Shown: positions 38,831-52,865, counted from the first letter of the stretch. The stretch is DNA of 64,000 bases from Glaucostegus cemiculus (GCA_976551045.1 CDPCPM010000278.1:3658001-3722000), one strand, 5' to 3'. The notes: generated from the sequence alone by a model not told the origin. A program made the numbers and translations.

Positions 38831-39259
38831 TTCCATTATTCCATTTGAATGCCTTAAGTAGAAAGATCTCAGTGCTCATATCCTAGATTTAGATATATGA
38901 ATAGATAAGGCCAGTGCAAAGCCTCTCATATAGGAAAATTATGGAAAGCCCCCACAATTTCCTGATTTGCACTCTACATGTCAGAACTCTGTGCTGGCAA
39001 TGCACACTGCAAATTGATCTTAAAGCAGTAAATGTGGAGTTCTGTTTTAATCACCTGTGGTGATCATATTGGATATTCATATTACACTTAGTAATTTCCT
39101 GCTTAAATTCTGGGAGGCTGATTGATAGAAATATATTTATATAGCTTGTCAAAGTCTCAAAACGTAATCAAATAAATTAAATCTGTTTGGTTACTGTTAT
39201 TAGACAAACGTGTCATCCATTATTTCCACAGTTAATGATGAAACAAATGATTGTTTAAT

Positions 39260-39600
39260 CTAGGGAGTCAGCCTTAACTCAGAGGTAGCAGTTTTGAATC
39301 AGTTGTCATGTTCAGTTCCCAAAACAGATCCTGAAGCACATAATCTAAACTGACAAATAAGGGGTATATAGAGGGAATGATACATCGTTCATAGTTTCAA
39401 CCTTGGGATGTAGCATTAAATTAAGAACATGTTAGATGGATTCCATGGCACTCTTTAAAGATCAGAGGAGTTATCATCAGTCAGTGTCTTGCCATACATT
39501 TACCCTTGATCAACATTGCATCTGGCATTAACCTCAATGTTGTTTTTTTCCATCCTTGCTGTGTGCAAGGTGGCTATTTCCCTACATTATACCAAATGTA
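39260..39600 (+). mobile_element. SacSINE1/Deu-SINE-like diverged copy in T-box intron 5
   Basis: tRNA-like head followed by ttccatggcactctttaaagatcagaggagtt...ttgctgtgtgcaaggtggct...cctacatta. Confidence 0.55.
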
Positions 39601-39765
39601 CTCCCATGCATGGTATACATACGTTGCCAATGAAGTGAGACTTGCAGTCTCTCTTAGAAATACAATAAAATTATTGTAATAATCTTAAGCAATCATTTGA
39701 ATTTGAACACAATTACATGAAGATATCAAATTTATTCTATAAAATGCTGAAGTCAAAAAACACAC

Positions 39766-39909
39766 CTTTTTGCTATGGTAGTGACCCACAGCTATAAATT
39801 CTGTTTCTGGGAAGCAGTATGTCCATGAACAAAGTTTAGACTTCAGTTGCTCAGCATTCTGAATCAAATGAATTCGGGGTCTGTATTTGTGCATCGGAGT
39901 CAAGGGAAT
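39766..39909 (-). CDS. T-box gene exon 5 (IPLTPMHKYRPRIHLIQNAEQLKSKLCSWTYCFPETEFIAVGHYHSKK)
   Basis: MHKY.PR.H and FPET.FIAV motifs; acceptor tacctcag, donor AAG|GTGTGT; 144 nt, phase 0 to 0. Both flanking introns sit at conserved T-box positions. Confidence 0.93.
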
Positions 39910-42900
39910 CTGAGGTACATAAAAGAGGCAGCATTAGGTAAATGGCTGGCATTATTGAAAGAAGGATGGAGTTGAGAAATCAAAAAAAAACCCTTGATGA
40001 AACAACTTAGAGATTTTATTTGTTGATGTTATTTATTCAACCATATACTGGGTAGCTCATTATGTTAGGAATTTCAGGACTTAGTTTCTGTTGTTGAATA
40101 AATGAAAAGCTTAAAAGCAAAGTATTCATTATGTCAGCACTACATAGGTCCAATGTCCTTTGTGTGTTTCTCCAAACATTGATATACGTCTGTGGTACCT
40201 AGTTCTAAAAGTGATTTTGCTGTTTTTTGTCCAAAACACATTTTATGACATGATTACCTCTAAACTCAACTGACAACCTTTAATCATTTTGTAGTGGTGA
40301 GTGGGCAATTATGATGATGATGATGCGGTTACTTGCAGTTACCTAGAGAAAAACTATACTAACAAAACTACAGATGAATCATTAAGATTCCAGATAACAC
40401 TATGAATTTTCAGAATCTGTGGGAATCCCTCATAAATGCCAGTTGAAAGCAACATTGGTGAGTAAGGGGGCAGTTGGAAGTGTAAGAGTGAGGCTATACA
40501 TCTTAGTAGAAAAGATAAGAAATGCAAGTATACACTCATGTAAATAGATGCTGAAGAATGTAGATCGGCAGAGACATTAAGCACTTTAAGTAAACAAAGG
40601 TGCATATGATCACAAAATGGCCACAAAGAAGTTGTAATAGAATGCAACTGTAAAGAATTAGTGATACATTTGTTAAAAATAATGATTGGGCCACTGTTAG
40701 ATGTTCAGTGTCCCTCATTATGGAAAGACATGAAAGCCGCAGATAGTGAACAGTAGAGTTTGAACAAAAGAGGGATGTAAAAAAGGGTGGAATTGAGGTA
40801 TTTGGGTGTCCTCTGAAGCAGGAAAAGTTGAGAGAAAATTTCAGAGCTTTTTAACATCATGATAGAATGTAGTGAGCGGGGACAATTTTCTTCCTAGGTT
40901 GGAAGTTAATGTTTTAAATGGGGGAGCTATTTTAAATTATCAGGAGGAATGAAGATAGTGGTATTAGAATTCTGGATTATTTTTCCACAGTACATGGTTG
41001 AAGCAGCCCATTGCACCTATCAGGGAAATTTCTATATCTATTTGAAGACTGAAATGAAATCTGAATTCATTTAATGTCCACACATTCAAGTGTATTAACT
41101 ACTGGGGATTGGTTCAGTAGACTATAAGTGAGAACATCCCATCCCCCACACCCTTCTTGCTTCTTTAGCTCATGGAAGGCACTGGAGGCCAATTCTAACA
41201 CTGTCATTTCTGCTTTTGGTAAGGTCAGCCAACTCAGCACAAACCAGCAATCAAACCTTCATCTTAATGGCTCAGTATCACACCTGCCAGGCTACTTAAC
41301 CATTGAAGGAACTGTACCTTTTCATTTGACGCATTCCTACTCAAGCTACAGTATCATCGGCACCATGGAGAAAACTGTCCATTCTCCAACATCTGTGCTG
41401 TCAATTTGCTGTCTCTAATGAGCAGCAAAATTAGAACAAAAGAAGGACAAAATCTACCTGTCTCCAGAATATAACATTGGAAAGATCTTTTCAACACTTT
41501 TCAATTTACATTAATTATGTCTGTAATAGCACTACAAAAAATATGTAACTTGACTAGTAAAAGATGGGTTTATTAGCATTCAAACAGCAGTAAAATAGCG
41601 GTCAAATATCACAAGTGATGAGCAGTTCTGACTGTCAGGGTAATTACTGGCTGGTTTGTCGGCAATCTTCTCGTTACAAAAGAACTCCATTAGCTAACCG
41701 CAGGGAAAATAGTTACACCTGCCATTTTGGTTCAATACATACAAAAATAACTGTGACACTTTACAGCATTAAACTGGGCTCCCTGCTGCTTTGTCAATTG
41801 TGAGGATTCCAGATCAGTCTGCATGTGGCATTTTGAAAGGTTCCACCTGCCAGCTAGGTTAGAAACAAATGTTTTAGACTCTGATCTGAAAGCTACAATG
41901 TTCCACAAAAAAATACAGTCCATTTTTTAAAAATAGCTTCCAGTCCTAATAATGCAAACCAAAAATATTTTTTAAATGCTCACAAAAGCTTAGAAATATG
42001 AAAGGTACACTTGTTCTGTAATGCAGTGCATTCCTGTAAAGTGTAGAAATTAATTTTCACAATTTTATAGAGTTATCTAGGGTGCACACTCAAAGCAAAT
42101 TACTCAGCTAAAAGCACTTGCTGTGAATTCTGACAGTTAATGGGTACCTCATTAAGCCTCATCATTCAACTAGTTCAAAATCATCTCCCTGCACCTTCAA
42201 CTTTCCTGCCAAGAATCTAATTTCATATGAGCTATTCTGAATGATGTCATAGCAGAAAAGAGTTTGAGTAAGATTCAACCTGTGTTATCACTGGAGCAAT
42301 CCAATATGCAGAAAAGGGTGACATATTTTGACAATAAGATTGAAGGGTCTTTAAGGATTTTTAAACTGAGTGTGATAATTTCAATAATCAACCTGTTATA
42401 TGTCAGAATTTTAAAGCCTTTTTTTCCATTAGTAATTTGGGCTGGAGATTTATATAAGAGGAACACTTCACTGGATACTCTTAGAATGCTGGAGTGCAAA
42501 ATGGTATCAAATTCACACAAACAATTCACCAGTCAATTTTTGATCCTAAACTGCAGAGAGTTATATGGTACAACTGTTCAGGAATCTCTTTGTGTAATGA
42601 ATATAGCTCTTCTTTAAAGGGAAACAACCTGTTAAGGTTTTTATATGCAGTACCAAAGAAGTAAATCAGGGTCTCATAGCTCCCTTCTTCCATTGCTCAA
42701 AATTCCCTTCATTCATCAGCCACTCAGAAAAATTATATGTTATTCATCTCCAAGGTATGTGTTATGTGCTTGCAATACTGAGCTGTGGGAACGTTGAACC
42801 TGAACATGATCCTGACCCTGACCTCAATATACATTGAAACATTCCAGCAATGGTAAAAGGATGGTATTCCTGGCTTTTCCTTATTATGACTCTGAGACCT

Positions 42901-43924
42901 GTTCTTATTATGAAGAATAGTTACCTCAGCAAAGACTGGGGCCTGAACCAATAACTTACCTGGTCTAGATGGATCAATTCTAGACACTGAATTGAGCAAC
43001 TAAACTGTTAAGATGTTGAGGTTGGATGGGAAATAGAGAACCTGTTTCAATGTCTTTTCACTGTATATGGTCATTTCAAATTTGATAGGGTAAAAATGAA
43101 TTGCTCATGCTTTGCCTGAGCAGGTAGCATCGGACTGACTTTTTGGACTACCACAATGTTGTGTTACAACAATGCAGTGGGGATTTCTAGCATTAAGGAT
43201 TTGGAATATATGTATAAAGCAAATGTGTGACTTGGAGGATGATGGTGTACCCATCCAGCTACTGCCCTTGGCCCTCTTGTTGGTAGAGGTTACATGTCTA
43301 GGAGGTTCTGGCAAAGAGGAAAACCTTTTTGTGAATGGAGCTGCATATTGTTACCTTCTCGGTCCCAGTCCCAGTCCTGACCATTACAGCAGAAGAAAGA
43401 TCGCTGACTAACATGATTAGCTTGAAGATATTTTCTTGAAGAACTATTGCAAAGTTTTCTAGGCCTTAAATGATTGCAATGTGACAACCTTGACCATCTG
43501 CCATTATGTCAGACGTGTTAAGTGGCTTAAGCTATATTTCTTAATATAGTGGACAACTGCAATCACCTAACTGTTGTCAATTGCTCTATCTATATCTGAA
43601 TAAGGGCTGATACATCTTGATGGAATTGAAGAGAATGAATGTGAGGAGATTGAGTGTTACTTCATCGTACTATTGAAGACTGCTTTTTTCACAATGCTAA
43701 TGATTGGAATTAGTGTGATAGGTTCCTAAAATGATCTGGCTACATTTGTACAATTGCTCAAGGATTGAAGTCCCTAAATATTTTCTATATTATTGGGTGT
43801 ATATTGATATCATAGCTTGACTGGTGCTGCAGTAAGGTCCAGGGCACAGATATTTAACTGATAATATGACTTCTGAAACCTCACACCTTCTTCTTTGGCA
43901 TTACTTTGGAATTGAGAATGATTG

Positions 43925-44165
43925 TTTATACTCCAGCTTTGTGGGTTTTGAGGTGGCTGATGAGGCCAATGTGGAAACCACAGACTCTTCCACATATGGG
44001 GCTGGAGGTGCCTGATGGTGGGTGGTAGTTTCAGAATAGGTGTAGTAATTCTGATGCCTATGCAGGGCTTCTAAGTGGTGCTGATGTATGGACTTGAGGT
44101 TCTCAATGTCATCCCAAATACTCCCTCTCCATCTTGAGCAGTCATGGGCCAGATATCCCCAGGAG
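43925..44165 (-). mobile_element. RTE-type 3' end fragment in T-box intron 4
   Basis: gaggtggctgatgaggccaatgtggaaaccacagactcttccaca is shared with the 18940 region and with 27300-27390 (plus strand). Confidence 0.6.
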
Positions 44166-45254
44166 TGCAATGCTGAACTAGTTTCTTTTCCCCATTTTGA
44201 AAGATTAGTTTCCTCAGTTTTCTACAACTTGCTTCTCAAAGGACATTTGAAATACTGCTTTTAAAATCTGTGCTATCTTCCCTCTGATTTTTCATTCAAT
44301 TTTAACCTGCGGTCCTGAGTGTTGTTGTTGGACTGAATCCGTAAATGTGATGTGTCCTTAAATATTGACATTTGGTTTATTCAGACAATTTTCCCTATAA
44401 ATAAGGGGAAAAGAATATATAATTGTGGCATAAAAATATGACCAATGTATATGAGTTTAAAGTGGGTCAGGGATACATTTATATGCCCTGATCCAATTTT
44501 CAGCTAAAAACTGTACCTGATGATGCACTACTTACCCCTCCCCCACCATTATAAGACCATGGGAATTTGATTAATGAAGAGGAGAGAGAATTTCATAAAT
44601 GACTAATTTTCATTTAAGCATATAGTTTTGCAGTCTGCTCACATAAAATAAACAGAACAATTAATGTCATTCTTGTCACCTCTGCAAATGCCAACTCAAA
44701 TGTTCACTTAAGTGCTTGTTAAATTTTCATTGGCTGGACAGCACTGCCAGTAATGTAAATGTCATGTTTCTATGGTCTCTAGTTCTAATGTAAAAAGGAT
44801 AATTTGTCTCTTTAAAAAAAATCATTTTGATGCCAAAGCAATATTTATGGGGAGTCGTGGTGGTGGGGGATGCGAGAAGGGGGGTGGGTGCCAGAGAGGA
44901 GGTGGTAGGTGATAATACCAGGGATTAATGGGATATTATTCCAAAAAAACAACTTGTTTTTCATTTTGTTATATGTCATATTGTATGTTATAACCTACAA
45001 TAATACAGGTTAAAATTGCCATCCACAGCCAATGCTGGAGTTAAAATATACTGCTTTCCTCCCTAACAGAACAAATATAAGGTTTGCCACAAGTTTAAAA
45101 TGAAATCAGGTCACTTTAAGAGAAAGTAACGTATAATCAATCAGTTGTGACTTCACTGTGTTGTTGAAATCCAGTGCTTTAGCAGAACCCACACATTCTG
45201 AAACATTGGCAAACAAACCAGAGCTGACATTAGGGAAAGGAAATGTTCAAATCA

Positions 45255-45577
45255 TAAAGTCATACAGCCCACCGAGTCCTCGCCAACCATCAAACAGTCA
45301 TTTACATCAGTCCTACACAAATCCTATGTAATTGTCCCCACATTCTCATCATCTTTTCCAAGACTATACCACTCATTTCCACATTAGGTGCAATTTACAG
45401 TGGCCAACTAACCAACAACCTCCACATCTTTGGGATATGGGAGAAAACTAGAGAACCCAGAGGAAACTCTCACAGGGAGAATGTGCAAACTCATTCAACA
45501 CTGATGGTCATGACTGAGACTGAGGTTACTGGAGCTGTGGGGCAGCAGCTAAATGAGCTGTGCCACTGTGCTGCCCA
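45255..45577 (-). mobile_element. Older, diverged V-SINE-like copy
   Basis: Degenerate tgtgggaggaaaccggagcacccggaggaaaccca-like V-domain and a gggcagcacagtggcacagc head on the minus strand. Confidence 0.7.
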
Positions 45578-45974
45578 CAGATGATCTGTTTACTTAGTGA
45601 GTTGATACTATCTAAATACCTAAAGGGGAGATGGAAGCCAATTAAAAAAAAAGAAATTGCATAAATTCTTTAAGAGTAAATACATGCAAGGCAATGATAA
45701 AAGATAAGGAGATATGGGTTTATTGGATCACTCCTTCAAAGAACAAGAAAGAATGGGTTAAATAGTTGCCCTCTGTTTAATAACACTTCATGATTTGTCT
45801 CAATATCTGTTTTTTACTGCTTATTTTTTAAATTATAATTCTGATGAAAATAATCAAAACTCAAAAATATTTTAAATGATCTTTTTTGTCCCTTTATTAA
45901 AGTATCTAAATGCTTAAGACACATAATCCTAGCACATGTAGTTCAATCTGAAATCCGTAGATGTACTTCCACAA

Positions 45975-46322
45975 TGGTCTAATGGGTAAAGCAAACCACC
46001 TGATATGATACTGAGCCAGAAAAGTCACAGGTTAAAGGTCCAGTCAGTGCTGAATTAGAATGTTAAGTTAACTGACCACAGGCAAGACAATGTCACAACC
46101 AATCAATCAGTGTTCCAATACATCATCAATCAGTGAGCTCTTATAAAGTACATTTGGATGGATGTTCAGTAGGGATAAGATAGAACATGGCTGCAATGCC
46201 CTCCAAGAAATAATAGCCAGTAGCAAGTACAAACTCAAGCATTATATAATGTTTGCTTATGTGGGGACTGCTTCCAACCATAGAATTGTGATGCAATTAG
46301 AACTGGCACTATTACAAGGAGA
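45975..46322 (+). mobile_element. Ancient SINE-like repeat (LF-SINE/LmeSINE-like), highly diverged
   Basis: Shares a gtgctga.ttag..ga core and downstream blocks with 12830-12930, 59420-59700 and 57400-57540. The family name is tentative. Confidence 0.4.
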
Positions 46323-46375
46323 AAGGAAAAAAATATAAATACCCCAATCTTGGACTTTTGAAAAAGTAGACTCAC

Positions 46376-46498
46376 CATTCCTTTGTTGTCAGTCCCATTT
46401 GTTGTGCAGATTTTGAGCAGTTTAAAAGTTATGGGCTTGTCATTCAGCTCAGCTCCAAGGGCTGGTGTATCTGAGTGGATATAAACTCCACTTGATTG
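46376..46498 (-). CDS. T-box gene exon 4 (QSSGVYIHSDTPALGAELNDKPITFKLLKICTTNGTDNKGM)
   Basis: Aligns with the canonical Y.HPDSP..G..WM...VSF.KLKLTNN block; acceptor cctgtatag, donor ATG|GTGAGT; 123 nt, phase 0 to 0. Too short for the ORF track. Confidence 0.9.
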
Positions 46499-47534
46499 CT
46501 ATACAGGTTTCAGGAGGTAAACAAAAATAGTTCAGAAACATATAATTAAAGAACAGAGAAAAGCAAATCCTCCTCAGCACATTGTTTAGATCCAAGCCCA
46601 CGTTCTCATGGGACTGAAATTTCTAAGACTCGATGATGTGCAGCCCAATGTTTTGAAAGAGGTAGCTATAGAGATAGTGGATGCACAAGTTGGCATCTTG
46701 CAAAAATCTAAAATGGATCCCTCAGACCATGGATTGCAACCCCAGTTCATTGGATTTTTGTGCTTTTTTGATATTTCATTAAAAGCTTTATTGTGTGACC
46801 ATTACCACTTCAGCCTCAGTGTTAACGCTAATGCTCGTGTCCAAATCCTTTCTGGTAGTGTCACTGTTGTTCCACTCCTGATTCTGATTAACCAATGTTA
46901 TTGTTAGGTGGGTAGGTTGGTTACATGAAAGCACTGGACATCAGGTCCATTAAGTTTGCCCCACTCAAAAATCCACACCTCCATTCTACTCCCAAACCAT
47001 GCACTACATTGGAGGGAATCGAAATACAAGGGCATCTGTCCAATTAAAGGAAAACATCAGAATTTTTTTCTTCCACTCCTTAAGGCGGTCAAGTAAAGTT
47101 CTCTGGAAGATTGTAGTCCCAGTAAATTTTGACATCCAAACTACAGCAGTTAATTCATTCCTCCCCATTTGAGGTAGTCTGATCCAGGGAGCTGTGAAGA
47201 GGCTTGATCTCCTACGAACTCCACAAACCAGAATGTGCTGGAAATATATCTTCTCCAAATAGAATAAGGTATTGTTTCCATTCAGGCCTTTCAAAGACAT
47301 CTGCTTGCACAATGAATCCATATCAAATTAATTGGATGATGATTCTCTACTTTTGTAATACTGGCAATGTATCAAATTTTGCTAACTTTTATAATAAAAT
47401 TATGTGGTGGTAGTAAATTCCTCAACTACTTTTCCCTTGATACCTTCCTCTGTCATTTCCCGCTCTAATTCCCATTGTCCACCAGTCCACTTCAGTTTGA
47501 ATAGTTGTTCATTCTCATAATCACAGTATCCTAC

Positions 47535-47685
47535 CTGCTGTCGAGCTGGAGCAGATGGGCACCAGCCCCGCTCCTCTGTGTAGGAGTAGCGCTGATCACT
47601 GCTTGACTCCATATCCACCATAAGTGTGTATGACTTTTCTGGATCTAAACCATGCAGTGTGATGACAATAGGGGGGAACAAACAT
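47535..47685 (-). CDS. T-box gene exon 3 (CLFPPIVITLHGLDPEKSYTLMVDMESSSDQRYSYTEERGWCPSAPARQQ)
   Basis: FP......GLDP...Y....D......RY.....W motif; acceptor ttttattccacag, donor CAG|GTAGGA; 151 nt, phase 2 to 0. Confidence 0.93.
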
Positions 47686-47789
47686 CTGTGGAATAAAACA
47701 AATACAGAATCCACTCTGCTTGCAAAATAGTGCAAAATAGTAAAACAAAACATTATTTCTTTGTAACATAATTTGTTTCCTGTACTATC

Positions 47790-48225
47790 CCCATATCCCC
47801 TGATTCCAGAAATTTATGAATGTTTGTTTTGAATGAACTCAGTAACTGAATCTTTACAGCCATCCAGGACAGAGAATTTGAAAGATTCACTACCCTCTGA
47901 ACAAAGAAATTTCTCTTTATCTCACTCTTAAATAATTTGCCCTTTATTTGGAGAGTGTGGTCCCTGATTCTATACTCCTCAGTCAGGGGAAACATCCTCC
48001 TTCCATCCAGCTTGCTAAACTTTGTGAGATTATTATGTTTCAATGAGATCACATCTCATTCTTTTGAACACCAGAGAACAGAGACCTAGTCTACTCAGTG
48101 TCTGCTCATGGGGAAAGCCTGTCATCCCAGGAACCAGTCTCATGAATCTTCTTTGCACTCCATAAATAGCAAAAACATCTGTTTTAGGTAAGAAGATCAA
48201 AAATATACATTATTTTCCAGTATTT
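47790..48225 (-). mobile_element. CR1-like LINE 3' fragment next to T-box exon 3
   Basis: MFPLTEEYRIRDHTLQIKGKLFKSEIKRNFFVQRVVNLSNSL is a typical CR1 ORF2 C-terminus. Confidence 0.85.
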
Positions 48226-48329
48226 TAAATATAACCTTGATTGAGGAAATCTTTGGAATTATCTTTCAAGAGGGCATTGGTTGCCTTATTGTGCTTAATG
48301 AGCTCTTCTCCATTCTTGTCTTTTAACAG

Positions 48330-48960
48330 GGTGGTCCTTGATTGTTTGGTCTATAGATAATCTTAAGATTCTTGCATTTTGTGGTGGTCGACTTGATGCT
48401 GGATCATGTACAGGCAATCTACACTATCCAAGATGGAGTTCAGGATATGGAGCACCAGGATCCTTGTGGGCAACACTGAAAACAGCAGATGTAAATGTTG
48501 CATCTTGGAATCTCAGACTCTTTAACATTGAGATCACAGCCCTGATTGAAACTCAATGGTCAAGAGAAAACCAGGTCAAGGTACAAGGTCACAGGTACAT
48601 CTTCTGAAAGGGCCAATTGGAAGAGGAATTCTGTTCTGCCATCAGCAATGAACTAGTCTGGTGTCTTCGTGACTTCTTCTGGGATAAGAAAGCACCTCAT
48701 GACCCTTTAGCTTTCTCCACCAGCACACTACTACCATCATGAGCACATACCCCATCCAACTTTGTGCAATCTTAAGCTGATTCTATTTGCTGATTTTGAT
48801 GTTAATGTTGGAAAGAACACAAAATTCTGAAAAGATATGATTGGCAAAAAAAAAGCTGACTACAATGGAATCCTCCCCTGATGAAATGCTTAGGGCTTGG
48901 AACTTATTATAACCAATACCCTGTTTTATCAGAGAAACAAGTTCACATGCCATTGGCAAA
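48330..48960 (+). mobile_element. RTE-like AP-endonuclease fragment
   Basis: VNVASWNLR...NIEITALIETQW...GHRYIF resembles the N-terminus of an APE domain. Confidence 0.6.
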
Positions 48961-51524
48961 TATCAGCTTTAGCTTCGTCCTCCTCTGTCTTCATCTAAAT
49001 GAATTCCAAGCCCAGCATCACAATGTACTCTTCTTCCACCATCTCTGCTTCCATGCCATTTCTTTGGCCAAGAGTCTTCACCATAAACGGTGGACCCCTT
49101 TCTCCTGTCTCTAGAGTTCCTGATCCATCTGAACTCCCTCCCATAAGCAGAACATTGTTTCTCTTACCGCAAATGCTGCCTAACCTCCTCCGTGTTTCCA
49201 GCAATTTTTCTTTTTATTTCAGAGTGCCAGTTTTTATCTTTATAATACTCTAGTTGTGGCCAGATCAGTGTTTATGAAGATTCATCTGGACTTCCTTGGC
49301 GTGCATCTATTTATAGAGCACAGGATTCTGTATACTTTTTTAACTGTTTTCTCAAGCTGCCATGATTCTCTGAACTATTTCTGCATACTATGTTCGAGTT
49401 CTCTTTGTTCCTGTACCTCTTTTAAAATTGTGCCCTCCAGTTTATCTTGCCTCTACTCATGCTTCTTTCTGAAATGAACCATTTCACATTCTTCAGCATT
49501 AAATTTCATTTGCCATTTGAGTGTCTGTTTATTCCACTACCTATATCCTCCTGAGGTCTACTACTATCTTCCTCACAGTTCAGTAGTCTTCCAAGTTTTA
49601 TGTGATCCGTACACTGGAGTCCAAGTTATTAATGCATATTGAGAAAAGTAGTGGTCCTGGTAATGACCCTAGGGAGTGCCATTGTACACTACTGGTCTCT
49701 TTTTAATTAATATACAAGTACCCAGTGTTATCAAAAGGTTCTGCTTCAATGATTAAATTTGTGAATTTTATTCAGAGCTTCTGTTCAGAACCTCCATTTA
49801 AATATGATTGATAATGTAAACTTCAAAATATTTGATAGTGTTTTAAAAATGATAGCTTTTAAGTTTGGAATATAAACCTGGGGAAAAATTGCTGCTGGTT
49901 CTATGTAACAAGTTAAGATATTTTATAAGACATTAAGGTCTGATCTGATTTATTTATTTTCAATTATATATTACATTCTCTTACCTTGTTGACTATATCC
50001 ACAGATGATTATCCAGTATAAAATAACCTGTACACTGATTTTTGCTTTCAAAGTGAAATCAGATAAACTAGGAATTGATTGTGGGACCTTTCTCATCAGT
50101 ATGGTTCACTTCTGCATTAAGTATACCAACTATGAGGTATCATGGTAAGTGACAATGTCCCTTTAACTTATCCTATGCACAGTGTTAGTGATGCAGTTTG
50201 CATAATGATAATTTTATTTGACTTGGTGTCTTCTGTGTATGCACATTTAAATTCCATGACTATCACTTGAATTTTTTTTTGTTACAGTTGAATGATTTTT
50301 ATGCTTAGAGCTAGTAGTTTGAAGATAAACAACTCTAGATTTCAAAGACATATTAGGCACTTGTGTATCAAATGGCTCTATGAAATACTGCAAAAATAAT
50401 CTATAATCCCTCTTACAGCAGCTGGACTGGGGACAAGAAGAGGAAAAAAAAGCAAAATGGTCCAATTTGTCACACTCAGATTACTAGTTTTGCTCATCAA
50501 TTGTGGTACTATGTTAACAATGCTTCAGAGAAGGAAGAAGCACAGTACAAACAAGCACATCACCAAGGTTTTTAGGAACCAGAACACTCCTAGCCCAAAA
50601 GACTGATTCTTCATTGACAAATCAAATGACCCACCTTTTCATCATATGCTTTAATCTTACTTTTGTTAGAAACACATCAAAATTACCTTTATTTTACAGA
50701 ATGAAACAGCAGAGCAGCTAAATTAGTTTGAAGGCTGAATATGAAATATCCTCAGCCTTTTATTTATTGACCTCAGGATTACCATCTGTGGGGATGTAGA
50801 GAGGACGGCTCAAATATCTTGTCACATCTTATCCCTCATTTTGTCAGAGTACCAAAAAGCATTTACAACATTCCAGCCCACTAACATATGGAGCTTCTGA
50901 CCTCTGTCATATCAAAAATGAGTGACATTTGCCCCTCTATCCTTGAAGACTTTAAGTAATGATATGAATTCATTGTAGAGCCCAGTGCTGTGCACACACT
51001 ATGTAAGAAATTTCATACTTTCAAATATGCTTAGCCAGTTGCTTTAACTGACAGAACTTAAGGTTTGCCTTTAATTCCAGGTACTCAAGATTCAATTTAG
51101 CGTACGTTCACAAGGTTTCATCAGCTTTTATAACAGGAAAATTATTTACTCTCTGGAGTGGAATAGAAATGATCTAATGAAAAATCTCACCTGAAACACT
51201 GATATATCTTTTATTAGAAGGGAGGAGAGGATACAGATCATTTTACTTAAAATTTCCAGCATTATTTTCTTTTCTTTTTATCTCTGCTATTGATACATTT
51301 TAATAATAGTCAAATGGACTCTGAACCCTGGAGCCACTCTTCAGTTTTTAGCCACATTTTCTTTATCCTGTTTATTGCCATATTCCTAAGAGTACACAAA
51401 ATAGATAGTGCAAAGCAGGAAATATGTAAAAATAATAATGAATATAATGGGCTTCACGAGTCAAAAATAAAGGCAAAACGAAGCCTCGCCCTTCAAAATC
51501 CTTTCAGAAGGTTTTGAGTACTTT

Positions 51525-52865
51525 TAATTCTTTTGTTTGTATCTGGGTGTCACCAGCGTAACTGCCATTAGGGTAGCAGTGAACTGTCTTAATGAACACC
51601 TGCAGTTCTTCTGGTGAAGGTACTCCCATAGTGCTTCGGGTATGGCATTCCAGGATGTAGACTTAGCGACAATATTTTTATAAAGATGGCGCACAACATG
51701 CCCTTGCTGTCCTGTCCTTCTTATTGGTGGAGGTTGTGGGTTTGAGAGGAGCTATCAGAGTAGCCTAAGTGAATAAATGTGATGCATTTTGTAGATGGTA
51801 CACATAGTAGCACTGCACTACTGGTGGAGAATATCCCATCACACTTCCAATTTGTTGACAGTGGAAAAGCTTTGGAAGGTCTGGAGATGAGTCACTCACC
51901 ACAGGATACCCAGTCTCTAACATGCAATTGTAGCCAGACTATTTATGTGGCTGCTCCAGTTTAACTTCTGGTCAATGTTGGCCCCTGAGGGGTAGGTTAG
52001 GGGTAGATGATTATACTTTCTCTTGTTGGAGATGGTCATTGACTGGCACATTTGTGGCATGAATGTTACTTGCTACTTAGCAGCCAATGCCTGTATCTTG
52101 TCTAGGTCATTCAGCATGCAAATATAGACTTGTTCATTTGTTGAGCTGTGAATGGAATGAACATTATGCAGTCATCAGAAAACCTCCCTGGCTTTGACCT
52201 CATGATGGAAGAAATGGAAGGAAGGCTATTAATGAAGCAGCTGAAGAAGATTAGGCCGAGGACTCTGGCCTGAGATCTTAGAACGAGAATGATTGACCTC
52301 CAACAACTACAACCATCTTTGTTTGTGCAAAATAAAACTCAACCATTGGAGGATTTTCCCCTTGACGTCCACTGATTTTAGTTTAACTGATGCTCCATGC
52401 AGCCACACTTGGTCAATATTGCCTTGATGTCAATGGCAGTCACTCTCACCTCACCTTTGTAATTCAGCTCTCTTATTCATGGTTGTGGTGAGCTGGTTGT
52501 TGGAGAGTAAGTGCCGCTTGATAGCACTGTTGGTGACAGCGTCTGTCAATTTGCTAAAGTAGATTCATGGGATGGTAAATAGCTGGATTGGACTTCTTGT
52601 GCTTTTTTGTGAACAGGACATACCTAGGCCATTTTCCAAACTAAGAATAGATGCCAGTATTGTACCTGTACTATAACAGGTTGGCTAGAGGAGCAGCTAG
52701 TTCTGGAGTGTCCATACCACAGCTAAAATGTTGTATGATCCCATAGCCTTTGCTGTATCTCAGCCTTTTCTTGATAGCACATAAAGTGAATATATTTAGA
52801 TAAAAGCTGACTTCTGCAAAGGTAAGTGTCTCAAGAGGAAGCCAAGATGGATCATCTATTCAACA
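51525..52865 (-). mobile_element. Old CR1/L2-like LINE fragment including RT region
   Basis: gccttgatgtcaatggcagtc (TAIDIKA..DQVW-like on the minus strand), gcagtcatcag (ADDC); paralogous to the 28600 copy. Confidence 0.75.
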
